From NCBI GenBank assembly GCA_900752425.1, contig CAADVE010000115.1:1-41912 (forward strand): a stretch of 41,912 nt of DNA. Reading direction: 5' to 3'. The stretch comes from an uncultured Collinsella sp. Its GTDB lineage: Bacteria; Actinomycetota; Coriobacteriia; Coriobacteriales; Coriobacteriaceae. Both the position numbers and the translations under genes were made by a program. The first letter of the stretch is position 1. Every line of letters begins with the position of its first letter. The notes under the pieces were generated by a model that saw nothing but the letters and a program-made list of their open reading frames with translations, was not told where the DNA came from and did not search any database. Below are positions 1 to 8,844 of the stretch, piece by piece.

Positions 1-601
1 AGGTGTCGTAGGCGGTGAGACCCGCCGGGACCGTGGCCGAGAGGCGCCAGTACAGGTCGTCGGCGACCGTGGCGTCGGCGGCCTTGCCCCATGCGGCGGC
101 GCTGTCCTCCAGCACGTGCTTGGCGACCTTGGGGGTCGCGGCCTTGGGCTTGACGGTGACGGCGCTGCCGCCGACCAGGGCCATGATCGGCGCGGTGCCG
201 GCCTCGCCCTGGGCGATGGCGTCGTCGTCGGCGACGATGAGCCAGTAGCCGCAGGGCAGCGCAGTCGTCATGCGTCCGTCGGCATTCATCCATTCGGCAG
301 CCTCTTGCGCCGTCGATGCCGAGTTATCAAGCCCTGCATCATGAAGCACGGGAAGGGCAGCTTGGCGAACCGTGTCATTCGCCCACGCTACATCAGTTGC
401 GACCTTTTGGTCGGCATCGGCATCGTCGACAACGGTCGCCGAAAAGAGCTGGTACGCGTCGTAACGTGTCGCGACTGTACCGTCCACCGTAATGGCTCCG
501 GTGTCGGCAGCACGGGCCGTTCCAGGGGCGATCGCAAAAGCGAAGACGACGGCCATGGACATCACCACGACGGCCAACATATGACGGAGCACTTTACTCA
601 C
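1..601 (-). CDS. Pilin backbone / fimbrial isopeptide-domain protein (3' end runs off window)
   Basis: Not in the ORF track because it has no stop in the window. Read manually from GTG 601: MSKVLRHMLAVVVMSMAVVFAFAIAPGTARAADTGAITVDG...YDAYQLFSA...GYWLIV...VTVKPKAATPKVAKHV...WGKAADATVADDLYWRLSATVP. Signal peptide (ARA-A) and pilin-like VxPK..P.V.K motif. Start overlaps the upstream stop (GTGAGTAA). Confidence 0.75.
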   Translation of the reverse strand, partial: MSKVLRHMLAVVVMSMAVVFAFAIAPGTARAADTGAITVDGTVATRYDAYQLFSATVVDDADADQKVATDVAWANDTVRQAALPVLHDAGLDNSASTAQEAAEWMNADGRMTTALPCGYWLIVADDDAIAQGEAGTAPIMALVGGSAVTVKPKAATPKVAKHVLEDSAAAWGKAADATVADDLYWRLSATVPAGLTAYDT

Positions 602-3600
602 GACGACCACTCCGATCAAGATCACGATGGCGGCGAGCATGCATCCACGTCGCGGCAAAACACAGCATCGAAGCACCAGCTAAATACGTCATAGTCAAAC
701 CAGCCCCGCCCGCCTCAGGTAGCGTAGTCGAATACTTGTTGGTAAAGGTCGGCGGATCCTGAGAGCCATCGCCATAGGCAACTACGGCGTTGAGTTGGTC
801 CGTGCCATTAGTTACCTCAACCGTGACTTTGCGCGGGGTCGTGTCATAGGTGATGTGATCTTTAACATGGTCGATGGCACCCTCGGGCTCGACCTCGGAG
901 ATGGTGTAGGTATAGATTCCCGCCTTGTTGTACTTGACGTCAAAGGAGACATTTCCCTTGTCATTATTGGTCACCGTCTGGAGCACTTTGCCCTCGGCGT
1001 CCTTAAGCGCGAACGAGAACTGACCTTCCCTGAAGGTTCCGCCTTTAAGCACTTTATTTGCTTTTATCGTCGCTTTGCCTTCAAGGGGCGCGTCATACAC
1101 CCAAATCTCTGCATCTGACGTTATCTCCGTATCGGCATCAAGCAAAGATTTCGCCTTGTTCATGGCTTGCTCGTATTGCTCTTCGGGCGCATTGCCCTTG
1201 AGCAGAATCCATGTTGGTTGGGCGACGCGATATCCAGGAGGCGCCGTCGTCTCCTCGAGGCAGTAAAGCTTGCAGGAAGCCATGGCGTCCGAACTCGTTT
1301 CCGAACTCGTTCCAAAAGTCACACTTCCGTCAGGGCCGGTCGTTCCGTCAGAAAAAAACGTCTTTGCGCCCTCAACGCCGGCACTGCCCTGCGCCTTATC
1401 CATGTCAATCGCATAGAGTGTGAACGTAGCGTCAGCCAACGGCGCGGCAACGTCCTTTTCATCCACTTTGTGGACCACAATGCCGTGCCCCGTTCCGCCT
1501 CCCGATGCGCCGGCATCTATGTCATATTCACGCTCGTGTTTCACATACCCGCCTGCAACACCTTCAAGCTGCGCCTCGTTGGAAAGGGAAACTGTACCAG
1601 ACTCACCGGACAGAACTTCATATTCGACTTTCAGGTATTTCTCATCGGGAAGCCTCAACGTCAATCGCTGCTGCTTTCCAGCGCCCTCGCCAATCGAGTC
1701 AAGAGTCGCTCTGTATTTTTCTTTTGTCAGCACACGCCAATCGCCGTTATCGCACTCAGATACGCTAAGCGACGAGGGGATAAACGTACACTTAGAATCC
1801 ATCACATCGAACAGATCGAGGTAGTCGGTTCCGACCTTTAAGTCTAGTGCCGATTCATTAACGAAAATCGTGTATTGAATTCGCTTGCTATTACTTACCG
1901 ACGAACCTGTCTTTGACAATACGTCGTTCTTGATCTGTACGGTATCAGAGTCCGCCTTAAATTCTTTACCATCTGAGCTTGCGCTCGCCGAGTTCGTGAG
2001 CTCGCCGAGATTCTTTGACGTATCGACTACCGACCTTTTAACAGCAGTCGAATACGTCAGCTTTGCGTACCCTGTATTATTGCCCAGCTTTTCCGTTGGA
2101 ATTGAAAACGCAACCATCTGGCGATCGACAGCAGGCGTCAGCAAGACATCCGAAACCTCGGTTTTTTCTCTCTCATGTTCCCATTCGCGGCCGGGCACCG
2201 CCGTCCCGTAGGGATTTGAATACAAAGAATATTTAGCCGAGCCGGGAATATAACTCATTCCCTCAGGAAGCTCATCTTTGACAACGACATCCTTGCCATT
2301 GAGCCTGCCAGCGCCATAATACTCACCGGCAGGCGTCTTAGCTCGATTGGCGTAGACAGTCCAGTCGACAATCCACGCACCTTTGTCGTTCGAGCCATCC
2401 ACTGATTTCCAGTCAAACGTCTCATCCCACCGTGCTTGCGAGCCGTCTTCATTTATTTTTACACTCTTCTCAACCGAAGGCTCCGCTTCGCCCTCAACAT
2501 AGTAAAAGACAAAATCAGAATAGCCGCTAAACCCGTCGACAGAGGCGAAGTTGGAGTACCAACCAGGAAGTGCATCGGTCACCGTTTTATACGTAATAAC
2601 CACCTCGGGGGACTTATCAAGCGCTTCTTTGACTTTATCCGTAATGGTTATTTGGATATTGCAGTTGTGTTGGTTGCTGTTCTGCGACGGATTTTCACCA
2701 CCCGCAAACGTCCAATCGGTACCTTGGTCCAGTTTGGTACCCCCAATGGTAATTACATGTGAAGGGCCATCGGAGGTATCCGGCCCCATAGTCTGCTTCC
2801 AAGCCGCCAGCATGGTATCTTTGATAAGAATGGATGTTGGGTTTTTCGCATTTACGTAATCACGGAGCTCTACGCGTAATTGCCAAGTTGCTTTTCCGGT
2901 CCGAGATGCCTCATCCGGATTAAGCAGCGTTTTGCTAATGGTTTTGCCCGTCCAAGGACGGATGTAGTATGCGGTGCTTTCACCAGAGGGCAGACCGGAG
3001 TCTTCTTTTTTCACACTTGCCGTGTTACTAACTTTTTCGTAGGAATTCTCATCTTTCAGCTTAGTTTGATAGACGATGCAGTAGGTCGCATACCGATCGC
3101 CCTCTTTTGGATTAAACGTATAGTTAAATGAATCCCCTGACTCGCTCAGCATTTCCTCATCGATCTTTTGTTTTTCATCGGCGGTCTCGCCCTTGTAGAC
3201 CGTATAGCTGCCAATATAATCCTGCTTGCCATCGAGCTTGTCGGTAAAGGTGTAGCCAGACATATCGGCCTTGAGAGATCCCCTGTTGAGCACAACCTTC
3301 CAAGTGATGACAGACGATGTTCCGGAGCCAGCCTCTTTTTGAATCATGTCGTATTGAAACGGTTCCGACGCCCCTTTAATCGTAAGAGATTGTTGGTGAT
3401 TTGCTTTTCCCCAGGTTGTTTGCACACTATTCCTACCTTGCGTAGGTGTGCCATTAGAAAGAGACAAGTTCTTGCTAACTGTCGTTTCGTAGGTAACGGT
3501 ATGGTCGCCCTGAGAAAGGTTACCTAGCGGCAACGTTGCAGTTCGCTCTTCGATGCTCACGGACGAACCAAGAGGATTTCCATCGAGCTTGAAGCTGCTT

Positions 3601-4334
3601 TGCTCAAAGTCCAGGTAGTCACCGAGCGTATCGACCAGTTTTACATCCGTTGCGTGCGACGTAACACTCAGATTAATAGTCCAAGTTATCTTGGCATTTC
3701 CGGTACTGCTATCTTGGGAAAAGACACCTGATTTGTTTCCATCAACTGCGCCATCTTGAATCTCGATCGGCACAGTTTCGCCAACGCCTGGAAATTTCAG
3801 TTCGACTTTTTCGCCGTCATCTACATCTTTGTCTTTAAGCTCAAACTCGAAATTGACGCGCACATAGAGCGAAGAGGGATGACCGCTGAGATAGCTGGCA
3901 TCGTAATTAAAAACGACCTTGTTATCCTTTATGTACCAAGTTCCCATCCTTTGTGCATTCTCGGTATCATCCGTCCTTAAGATACCGCCCTCGTTCTCGT
4001 TCACAACAATCGAGTCGGGAAAGGTATAAATCGTCTCAAGCCTTTCAGGTGTAGGCCCACAATTCTCATGAAAACGAGCTTCCATAAAACCGTAGATAGT
4101 ATCGGCTGTCGTAATCGAGGGTGAGCCCTCTTTACCGAGAGGCTGCTGACGACCCTTATCGGCATACAGCCCAACCGTAACGTCCGCCGTATCGCCGTTG
4201 ATCACAATCGGCGTCGGCGTCGTCACGTCCTCGGCGCGCACTGGGGCTGCGCCGTGAAAAACAGCGGCGGTGAGGCTAATCAAAATGAAGACCAGGGCCG
4301 CCATACCCAGCGACCGCGAGCGGTGTGCGTCCAT
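594..4334 (-). CDS. Large LPXTG surface adhesin / putative pilus tip protein (CnaB/SpaA-like domain and Spy0128/FctA-like domain)
   Basis: 1246 aa. Signal peptide (VRA-E), repeated Ig-like units (ITWTI..VKLVDTL..F), E-box YCLEETTAPPGY, Spy0128-like KANKVLKG..FSFAL..YTYTISE..FTNKY, then LPEAG + hydrophobic segment + basic tail. Confidence 0.85.
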   Translation of the reverse strand: MDAHRSRSLGMAALVFILISLTAAVFHGAAPVRAEDVTTPTPIVINGDTADVTVGLYADKGRQQPLGKEGSPSITTADTIYGFMEARFHENCGPTPERLETIYTFPDSIVVNENEGGILRTDDTENAQRMGTWYIKDNKVVFNYDASYLSGHPSSLYVRVNFEFELKDKDVDDGEKVELKFPGVGETVPIEIQDGAVDGNKSGVFSQDSSTGNAKITWTINLSVTSHATDVKLVDTLGDYLDFEQSSFKLDGNPLGSSVSIEERTATLPLGNLSQGDHTVTYETTVSKNLSLSNGTPTQGRNSVQTTWGKANHQQSLTIKGASEPFQYDMIQKEAGSGTSSVITWKVVLNRGSLKADMSGYTFTDKLDGKQDYIGSYTVYKGETADEKQKIDEEMLSESGDSFNYTFNPKEGDRYATYCIVYQTKLKDENSYEKVSNTASVKKEDSGLPSGESTAYYIRPWTGKTISKTLLNPDEASRTGKATWQLRVELRDYVNAKNPTSILIKDTMLAAWKQTMGPDTSDGPSHVITIGGTKLDQGTDWTFAGGENPSQNSNQHNCNIQITITDKVKEALDKSPEVVITYKTVTDALPGWYSNFASVDGFSGYSDFVFYYVEGEAEPSVEKSVKINEDGSQARWDETFDWKSVDGSNDKGAWIVDWTVYANRAKTPAGEYYGAGRLNGKDVVVKDELPEGMSYIPGSAKYSLYSNPYGTAVPGREWEHEREKTEVSDVLLTPAVDRQMVAFSIPTEKLGNNTGYAKLTYSTAVKRSVVDTSKNLGELTNSASASSDGKEFKADSDTVQIKNDVLSKTGSSVSNSKRIQYTIFVNESALDLKVGTDYLDLFDVMDSKCTFIPSSLSVSECDNGDWRVLTKEKYRATLDSIGEGAGKQQRLTLRLPDEKYLKVEYEVLSGESGTVSLSNEAQLEGVAGGYVKHEREYDIDAGASGGGTGHGIVVHKVDEKDVAAPLADATFTLYAIDMDKAQGSAGVEGAKTFFSDGTTGPDGSVTFGTSSETSSDAMASCKLYCLEETTAPPGYRVAQPTWILLKGNAPEEQYEQAMNKAKSLLDADTEITSDAEIWVYDAPLEGKATIKANKVLKGGTFREGQFSFALKDAEGKVLQTVTNNDKGNVSFDVKYNKAGIYTYTISEVEPEGAIDHVKDHITYDTTPRKVTVEVTNGTDQLNAVVAYGDGSQDPPTFTNKYSTTLPEAGGAGLTMTYLAGASMLCFAATWMHARRHRDLDRSGRRE

Positions 4335-4479
4335 AGTTGTCCCCTAATTCCTACAACACAGTGTGGAATACGGCGAATCGTCGGATCGAACACAAACCCC
4401 AACATCAACATGAACCTGCCTAGCGCATTGCAAGAACCCATTGGGGAGCAACTTCTAAGAGGGTTCGTCTATGCCACAA

Positions 4480-4625
4480 TGCATAAAATATAATATAGAT
4501 ACCAGTCATGTAAACCGCAGGTAAAGAGGTCTTTTAATTTAATACCAGTTGGTATTTACCTGTTAACGGGTTTGCATTAAAGCAGTTATATTCTGTAGAA
4601 TTATGTATATGTTTAAACAACTTAA
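4480..4625 (-). promoter_or_regulatory. AT-rich promoter region of pilus operon
   Basis: Strongly AT-rich intergenic stretch. Contains the near-palindrome AATACCAGTTGGTATT (4541-4556) and a second ATACCAGT (4499-4506). Confidence 0.45.
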
Positions 4626-4694
4626 CTTTGACCGGAAAGCCGCTAGGAGGGATAACCGCCCCAGCTGTGGTGCAAACGAACCTGTCCACTGCAC

Positions 4695-4730
4695 AAAAAG
4701 GGCGCCGACCGCGATGGTCGACGCCCTTTC
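4695..4730 (-). terminator. Intrinsic terminator of typA
   Basis: Minus strand reads AAAGGGCGTCGACC-loop-GGTCGGCGCCCTTTTT. Confidence 0.8.
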
Positions 4731-4756
4731 TTGTTAGTCGCTATAAAGCCCAGCGC

Positions 4757-6595
4757 TTATTTGTTGACCTGGCCGGCGCGAACGGCAGCCTTCTTGCGGT
4801 CGGTGGCGTTGAGCAGACGCTTGCGCAGGCGGATGTTCTTGGGAGTGATCTCGACCAGCTCGTCGTCGGCGATGTACTCCAGCGCCTCCTCCAGCGAGAA
4901 GGTGCGGGGCGGCACCAGCTGAACGGAGATATCGGAGGTCGAGGAGCGCTGGTTGCCCAGGTTCTTGGTACGGGCGATATTGACGACCATGTCGCCAGCC
5001 TTGCTGCGCTCGCCCACGATCATGCCCTCGTAGCACTCGGTGCCTGGCTCAACAAACAGCTGACCGCGCTCCTGCAGCGTACCCAGGGCATAGGCAACGG
5101 CCTTCTCGGTGGTCATAGAGATCATTGCGCCGTTCTGGCGGTTGCCGATCTCGCCGGCATAGGGGCCGTACTCCAGGAAGGTGTGGTAGAACACGCCCTC
5201 GCCGTGGGTGACGTTCATGATGCGGTTCTTAAGACCCATGATGCCGCGGGTCGGAATCTTAAACTCGAGGTGCGTCACGATGCCCGAGGTATCCATGCTC
5301 GTCATGATGCCGCCGGAGGTGCCGAAGACCTCAACGACCTTGCCCGAGTACTCGTCCGGGCACTCGACTACGGCCTGCTCGACAGGCTCCATCTTGTTGC
5401 CGTTCTCGTCCTTCTTAAACAGAACGCGGGGACGGCCGACCTGGAACTCAAAGCCCTCGCGGCGCATGGACTCCATCAGAACGGACAGGTGCAGAATGCC
5501 GCGGCCCGAGACCTCGACGCCGCTCTTGTCCTCGAGTTCCTCGATCTTCATGGTCACGTTGTTCTCGGCCTCGTTGAACAGGCGCTCCTTGAGCTGACGG
5601 GCGCCCACGATGTCGCCGTCGCGGCCGACAAGCGGGGAGGTCGAAGCCTCAAAGACGATGGACAGGGTCGGCGGGTCGATCTCGATGGGCTCGAGCTCGA
5701 CAGGGTTCTCGGGATCGGTGTAGACATCGCCGATATCGGTGCGGTCGATACCCACGACAGCGGCGATGTCGCCGGCGCCGACTTCCTGGCACTCGGTACG
5801 GCCCAGGTAGTCGAAGGTAAAGAGCTGCTTGACGGTGGCGGTAGCGCTGGAGCCGTCGTTCTTGACAACCAGGATCTGGTCGCCCTGGTGGATGGCGCCA
5901 GAGTACACGCGGCCGATACCGATGCGGCCGACGAAGTTGGAGTGGTCGATGGTCACGCACTGCATGGCCAGCGGGGCGTTCTCGTCAACCTCGGGCGCGG
6001 GCATGTCGTCGATAATCATATCGAGCAGCGGATACATGTCCATGTTGCCGTCGTTGGGATCAAGGCGGGCAAAGCCATTCATGGCGCTGGCGTAGACCAC
6101 GTGCTCCATGGCGAACTCAAGCTGGTCGTCGGTGGCGCCCAGGTCGGCCATAAGGTCGAGGCAGTCGTTGTAGGCCTTCTCGGGGTTAGCGCCCGGACGG
6201 TCGATCTTGTTGATGACGATCATGATCTTAAGGCCGGTGTCGATAGCGTGACGCAGCACGAAGCGGGTCTGGGGCATGGGGCCCTCAAAGGCGTCGACCA
6301 GCAGCAGGGCGCCGTCGGCCATACGCAGCACGCGCTCGACCTCGCCGCCAAAGTCGGCGTGGCCCGGGGTGTCGATGACGTTGATCTTGACGTCCTTGTA
6401 CTCGATAGAGATGTTCTTGGCGAGAATCGTAATGCCGCGCTCGCGCTCCTGGTCGTTGGAATCCAGGACGCGGTCCTCGACCTGCTGGTTGGCACGGAAG
6501 GCGTCCGTGGCACGCAGGAGCTTGTCGACCATCGTCGTCTTGCCGTGGTCGACGTGAGCGATGATGGCGATGTTCCTCAGATTGTCTACGCGCAT
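4757..6595 (-). CDS. typA: Translational GTPase TypA/BipA
   Basis: [46 protein letters not shown] and C-terminal [19 protein letters not shown]. Confidence 0.97.
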   Translation of the reverse strand: MRVDNLRNIAIIAHVDHGKTTMVDKLLRATDAFRANQQVEDRVLDSNDQERERGITILAKNISIEYKDVKINVIDTPGHADFGGEVERVLRMADGALLLVDAFEGPMPQTRFVLRHAIDTGLKIMIVINKIDRPGANPEKAYNDCLDLMADLGATDDQLEFAMEHVVYASAMNGFARLDPNDGNMDMYPLLDMIIDDMPAPEVDENAPLAMQCVTIDHSNFVGRIGIGRVYSGAIHQGDQILVVKNDGSSATATVKQLFTFDYLGRTECQEVGAGDIAAVVGIDRTDIGDVYTDPENPVELEPIEIDPPTLSIVFEASTSPLVGRDGDIVGARQLKERLFNEAENNVTMKIEELEDKSGVEVSGRGILHLSVLMESMRREGFEFQVGRPRVLFKKDENGNKMEPVEQAVVECPDEYSGKVVEVFGTSGGIMTSMDTSGIVTHLEFKIPTRGIMGLKNRIMNVTHGEGVFYHTFLEYGPYAGEIGNRQNGAMISMTTEKAVAYALGTLQERGQLFVEPGTECYEGMIVGERSKAGDMVVNIARTKNLGNQRSSTSDISVQLVPPRTFSLEEALEYIADDELVEITPKNIRLRKRLLNATDRKKAAVRAGQVNK

Positions 6596-6712
6596 GTAGT
6601 TCCCCTATCTTCTATCTATATACAACCGGCACGCGTATGCGACCCACCCAGCAATGCAACGCTCGGCGGGAATATTGAGCCTTTTACCGAAAACTCGTTT
6701 ATTTTAGCGATT

Positions 6713-7162
6713 TTAGATGAGAGGGGTTTCCTCACCTGCAGGTTCAGGGTCGCTCCACATAAAACCATCGCCGGCGCCCATGCCCTCATACAGCACATAT
6801 GCCGAAAAACCGCTCTCGAGCGTGGTTTCGAAGAAGCTCACGAGCAGAGCATCGTGATAGCCGCCGTCAATCTCGACGCAGCCGGTGTAGCCGATGGCAT
6901 AGCGAGCGATACGGCCCAGGCCCTCGTCCTTAAGACCCATCTTGTGCTCGGAGATAAAGTTGGTGGCCGCCTCGAGGCACGCCTCTTCGCCGTCCTCGTC
7001 GAGCGCCGCCAGATAACGGTTGGAAGCGGCGTCCTCAATTGCCACGACCACGCCAGGGTTTTCACCGGCGGCAAGGTCGTCCAAGAACGCGCCGATCAGA
7101 TCGCACACCATGGCGTCGAGCTCGGCGGAGACGTTACCGGCGTCCTGCATATCCTGTGCCAT
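6713..7162 (-). CDS. Hypothetical acidic protein
   Basis: 149-aa ORF with host-like codon usage and GGAAGG upstream, in a co-oriented run. No recognised motif. Confidence 0.7.
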   Translation of the reverse strand: MAQDMQDAGNVSAELDAMVCDLIGAFLDDLAAGENPGVVVAIEDAASNRYLAALDEDGEEACLEAATNFISEHKMGLKDEGLGRIARYAIGYTGCVEIDGGYHDALLVSFFETTLESGFSAYVLYEGMGAGDGFMWSDPEPAGEETPLI

Positions 7163-7192
7163 CTTTAGACCTTCCCATCGAGTCTGGCGTCG

Positions 7193-7582
7193 TTACAGTT
7201 CTTGCGCCTCGGCGGCGATCTTAGCAGCGGCATCGCGGGCGCGCATCATGTCCGCCGCGCGTTTGTCGAGCACCTTGATCTGGCTAGTCAGCATGACCGC
7301 ATCGACCACGCCCCAGATCATAAGGCCCGTAGAGATCGAAAACCCAAGCGCACCAACTGTACCACGAAGGCGCGAACAGATTGCCGCGACAAGGGCGGAG
7401 ATGACAACCATCTTGATAAACGAGCCGCGGCGTTCGCGAAGCGTGCGGGCCTGCGTCACATAGGCAATGCGAGCCGCCTCGGATGCCTCCGAGCGCATCT
7501 GGGCTTCACGCGCGATAGCCGCCGCCTCGGCAGACATGCCGCCGGCCATCAGCGAACGCTCCGCAACCTGGCCGCCCCGCAT
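7193..7582 (-). CDS. Hypothetical membrane protein (about 2 TM)
   Basis: ATG abuts the upstream stop (TAA-ATG). Two hydrophobic segments. Start position uncertain. Confidence 0.65.
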   Translation of the reverse strand: MRGGQVAERSLMAGGMSAEAAAIAREAQMRSEASEAARIAYVTQARTLRERRGSFIKMVVISALVAAICSRLRGTVGALGFSISTGLMIWGVVDAVMLTSQIKVLDKRAADMMRARDAAAKIAAEAQEL

Positions 7583-8083
7583 TTAGAAGTCATCGGGGGA
7601 GAGCGTATGGACGAACTCGTCGAACTTCTCGAACTCTTGCTCGTCGTCGACTTCCTCGGCATGGTCAGAAACGGTACCCAGGCGATTCATGATGTCGTCT
7701 TCAACGAACATGGGGGCATTACTGCGTACGGCGAGGGCGATGGCGTCGCTCGGACGCGCATCGATCTTATGCTCGTTGCCATCGGCCAACACGACAACCG
7801 TCGCGTAAAACACGGGCGGCTCGGCGCGAACGATTTCGATGCGTTCGAGCTTGGCACCCAGGGCACCAACAGTATCGAGCAACAGGTCATGGGTAATCGG
7901 GCGCTCGGCGCGGCCACTATCGATGCCGCGGCTAATGGCAGCAGCCTCAAACGAACCAGTCTGAATGGAAAGGGAACGCAACGGCGCGGGCGAGTCCGAT
8001 TTGCTGCAGCGCTCGCGAAGCACGATAAGCGATGGCACGGGACCGGCGGCCATGACGATGGTCTCTATGTCGACACGAACCAT
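7583..8083 (-). CDS. Bifunctional nuclease family protein (DUF151)
   Basis: LSIQTGSFEAAAI, RPITHDLL, IDARPSDAIALAVR and C-terminal F.EFV..LSPDDF. RBS GGAGGTG before ATG 8083. Confidence 0.9.
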   Translation of the reverse strand: MVRVDIETIVMAAGPVPSLIVLRERCSKSDSPAPLRSLSIQTGSFEAAAISRGIDSGRAERPITHDLLLDTVGALGAKLERIEIVRAEPPVFYATVVVLADGNEHKIDARPSDAIALAVRSNAPMFVEDDIMNRLGTVSDHAEEVDDEQEFEKFDEFVHTLSPDDF

Positions 8084-8198
8084 GGAACACCTCCGGTACG
8101 TAGCGGTTAACACGCGGCAGGGTTGCCGCATTGAATAGCTATACTACCCAATCTTTCGCACAGCACACAAAACCAAAATGAGATTTATCGCAGACAAG

Positions 8199-8231
8199 AA
8201 AAAAGCCCCGAGGCAACGCCTCAGGGCTCTT
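8199..8231 (-). terminator. Terminator of tRNA cluster
   Basis: Minus strand reads AGCCCTGAGGC-GTT-GCCTCGGGGCTTTTTT. Confidence 0.8.
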
Positions 8232-8242
8232 CACAGTTTTGA

Positions 8243-8319
8243 TGGTGGACCTGACAAGATTCGAACTTGTGACCTCCCGGTTATCAGCCGGACGCTCTAA
8301 CCAACTGAGCTACAGGTCC
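8243..8319 (-). tRNA. tRNA-Ile (GAT)
   Basis: GGACCTGTAGCTCAGTTGG...CCGG-CTGATAA-CCGG...GTTCGAATC...GGTCCACCA. Confidence 0.96.
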
Positions 8320-8323
8320 ATCA

Positions 8324-8399
8324 TGGTGGAGGTTAGGGGGATCGAACCCCTGACCTCAGGCTTGCAAAGCCCGCGCTCTCCCAGCTGAGCTAAACCCCC
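8324..8399 (-). tRNA. tRNA-Ala (TGC)
   Basis: GGGGGTTTAGCTCAGCTGGG...GGCT-TTGCA-AGCC...GTTCGATCC...CTCCACCA, with G3:U70 pair. Confidence 0.96.
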
Positions 8400-8410
8400 A
8401 CGGAGACAGT

Positions 8411-8455
8411 AATAAACACCCCAGCGGCGACTCGGCTCTCGCTGGGGTGTTTATT
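8411..8455. repeat. Perfect 16-bp inverted repeat between tRNA genes
   Basis: AATAAACACCCCAGCG (8411-8426) / CGCTGGGGTGTTTATT (8440-8455). Confidence 0.85.
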
Positions 8456-8466
8456 GCGAAAGAAAG

Positions 8467-8543
8467 TGGTGGACCTGACAAGATTCGAACTTGTGACCTC
8501 CCGGTTATCAGCCGGACGCTCTAACCAACTGAGCTACAGGTCC
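8467..8543 (-). tRNA. tRNA-Ile (GAT), second identical copy
   Basis: Identical to 8243-8319. Confidence 0.96.
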
Positions 8544-8557
8544 ATCGCGCAAGGGAT

Positions 8558-8587
8558 ATATTAGACGAGTCGTTACGCGCGCGTCAA
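8558..8587 (-). promoter_or_regulatory. Sigma70-type promoter of tRNA cluster
   Basis: TTGACG-18 nt-TAATAT, with an A-tract (UP-like) upstream. Confidence 0.7.
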
Positions 8588-8613
8588 CAACTTTTTTTGA
8601 AAATCTTTGAAGG

Positions 8614-8755
8614 GTGTTCGCCCCGGTCGCACGGCGGCATGTGAAGTCGCCTACTCGGACAGTCCTGACTCGCACAGAGAGCACATTAAGTGCTCTCTGG
8701 CTCGTGCGGAACTCGCGATCGACTTCACATGTCGCCGTGCGACCGGGGCGAACAC
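8614..8755. repeat. 142-bp nested palindromic element (REP/MITE-like)
   Basis: 36-bp arms 8614-8649 / 8720-8755 with 1 mismatch, and inner hairpin CAGAGAGCAC-ATTAA-GTGCTCTCTG. Confidence 0.8.
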
Positions 8756-8771
8756 GAGTCCCAAGGTTTTC

Positions 8772-8804
8772 AAAAAAGCGGTCGGCGCGCAGTGCGCCGA
8801 CCGC
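8772..8804 (-). terminator. Terminator of gyrA
   Basis: Minus strand reads GCGGTCGGCGC-ACTGC-GCGCCGACCGC-TTTTTT. Confidence 0.85.
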
Positions 8805-8844
8805 CGATATATGGGGTCTGATATTTTCTACCAGCCAGGGCCTC

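Noticed and set aside
4628..7168. 846-aa + strand ORF (likewise 9100-11253, 12219-13679, 14813-16756, 32479-35766, 39693-40943)
   Set aside because: Antisense shadows of well-supported genes, expected from high-GC codon bias.
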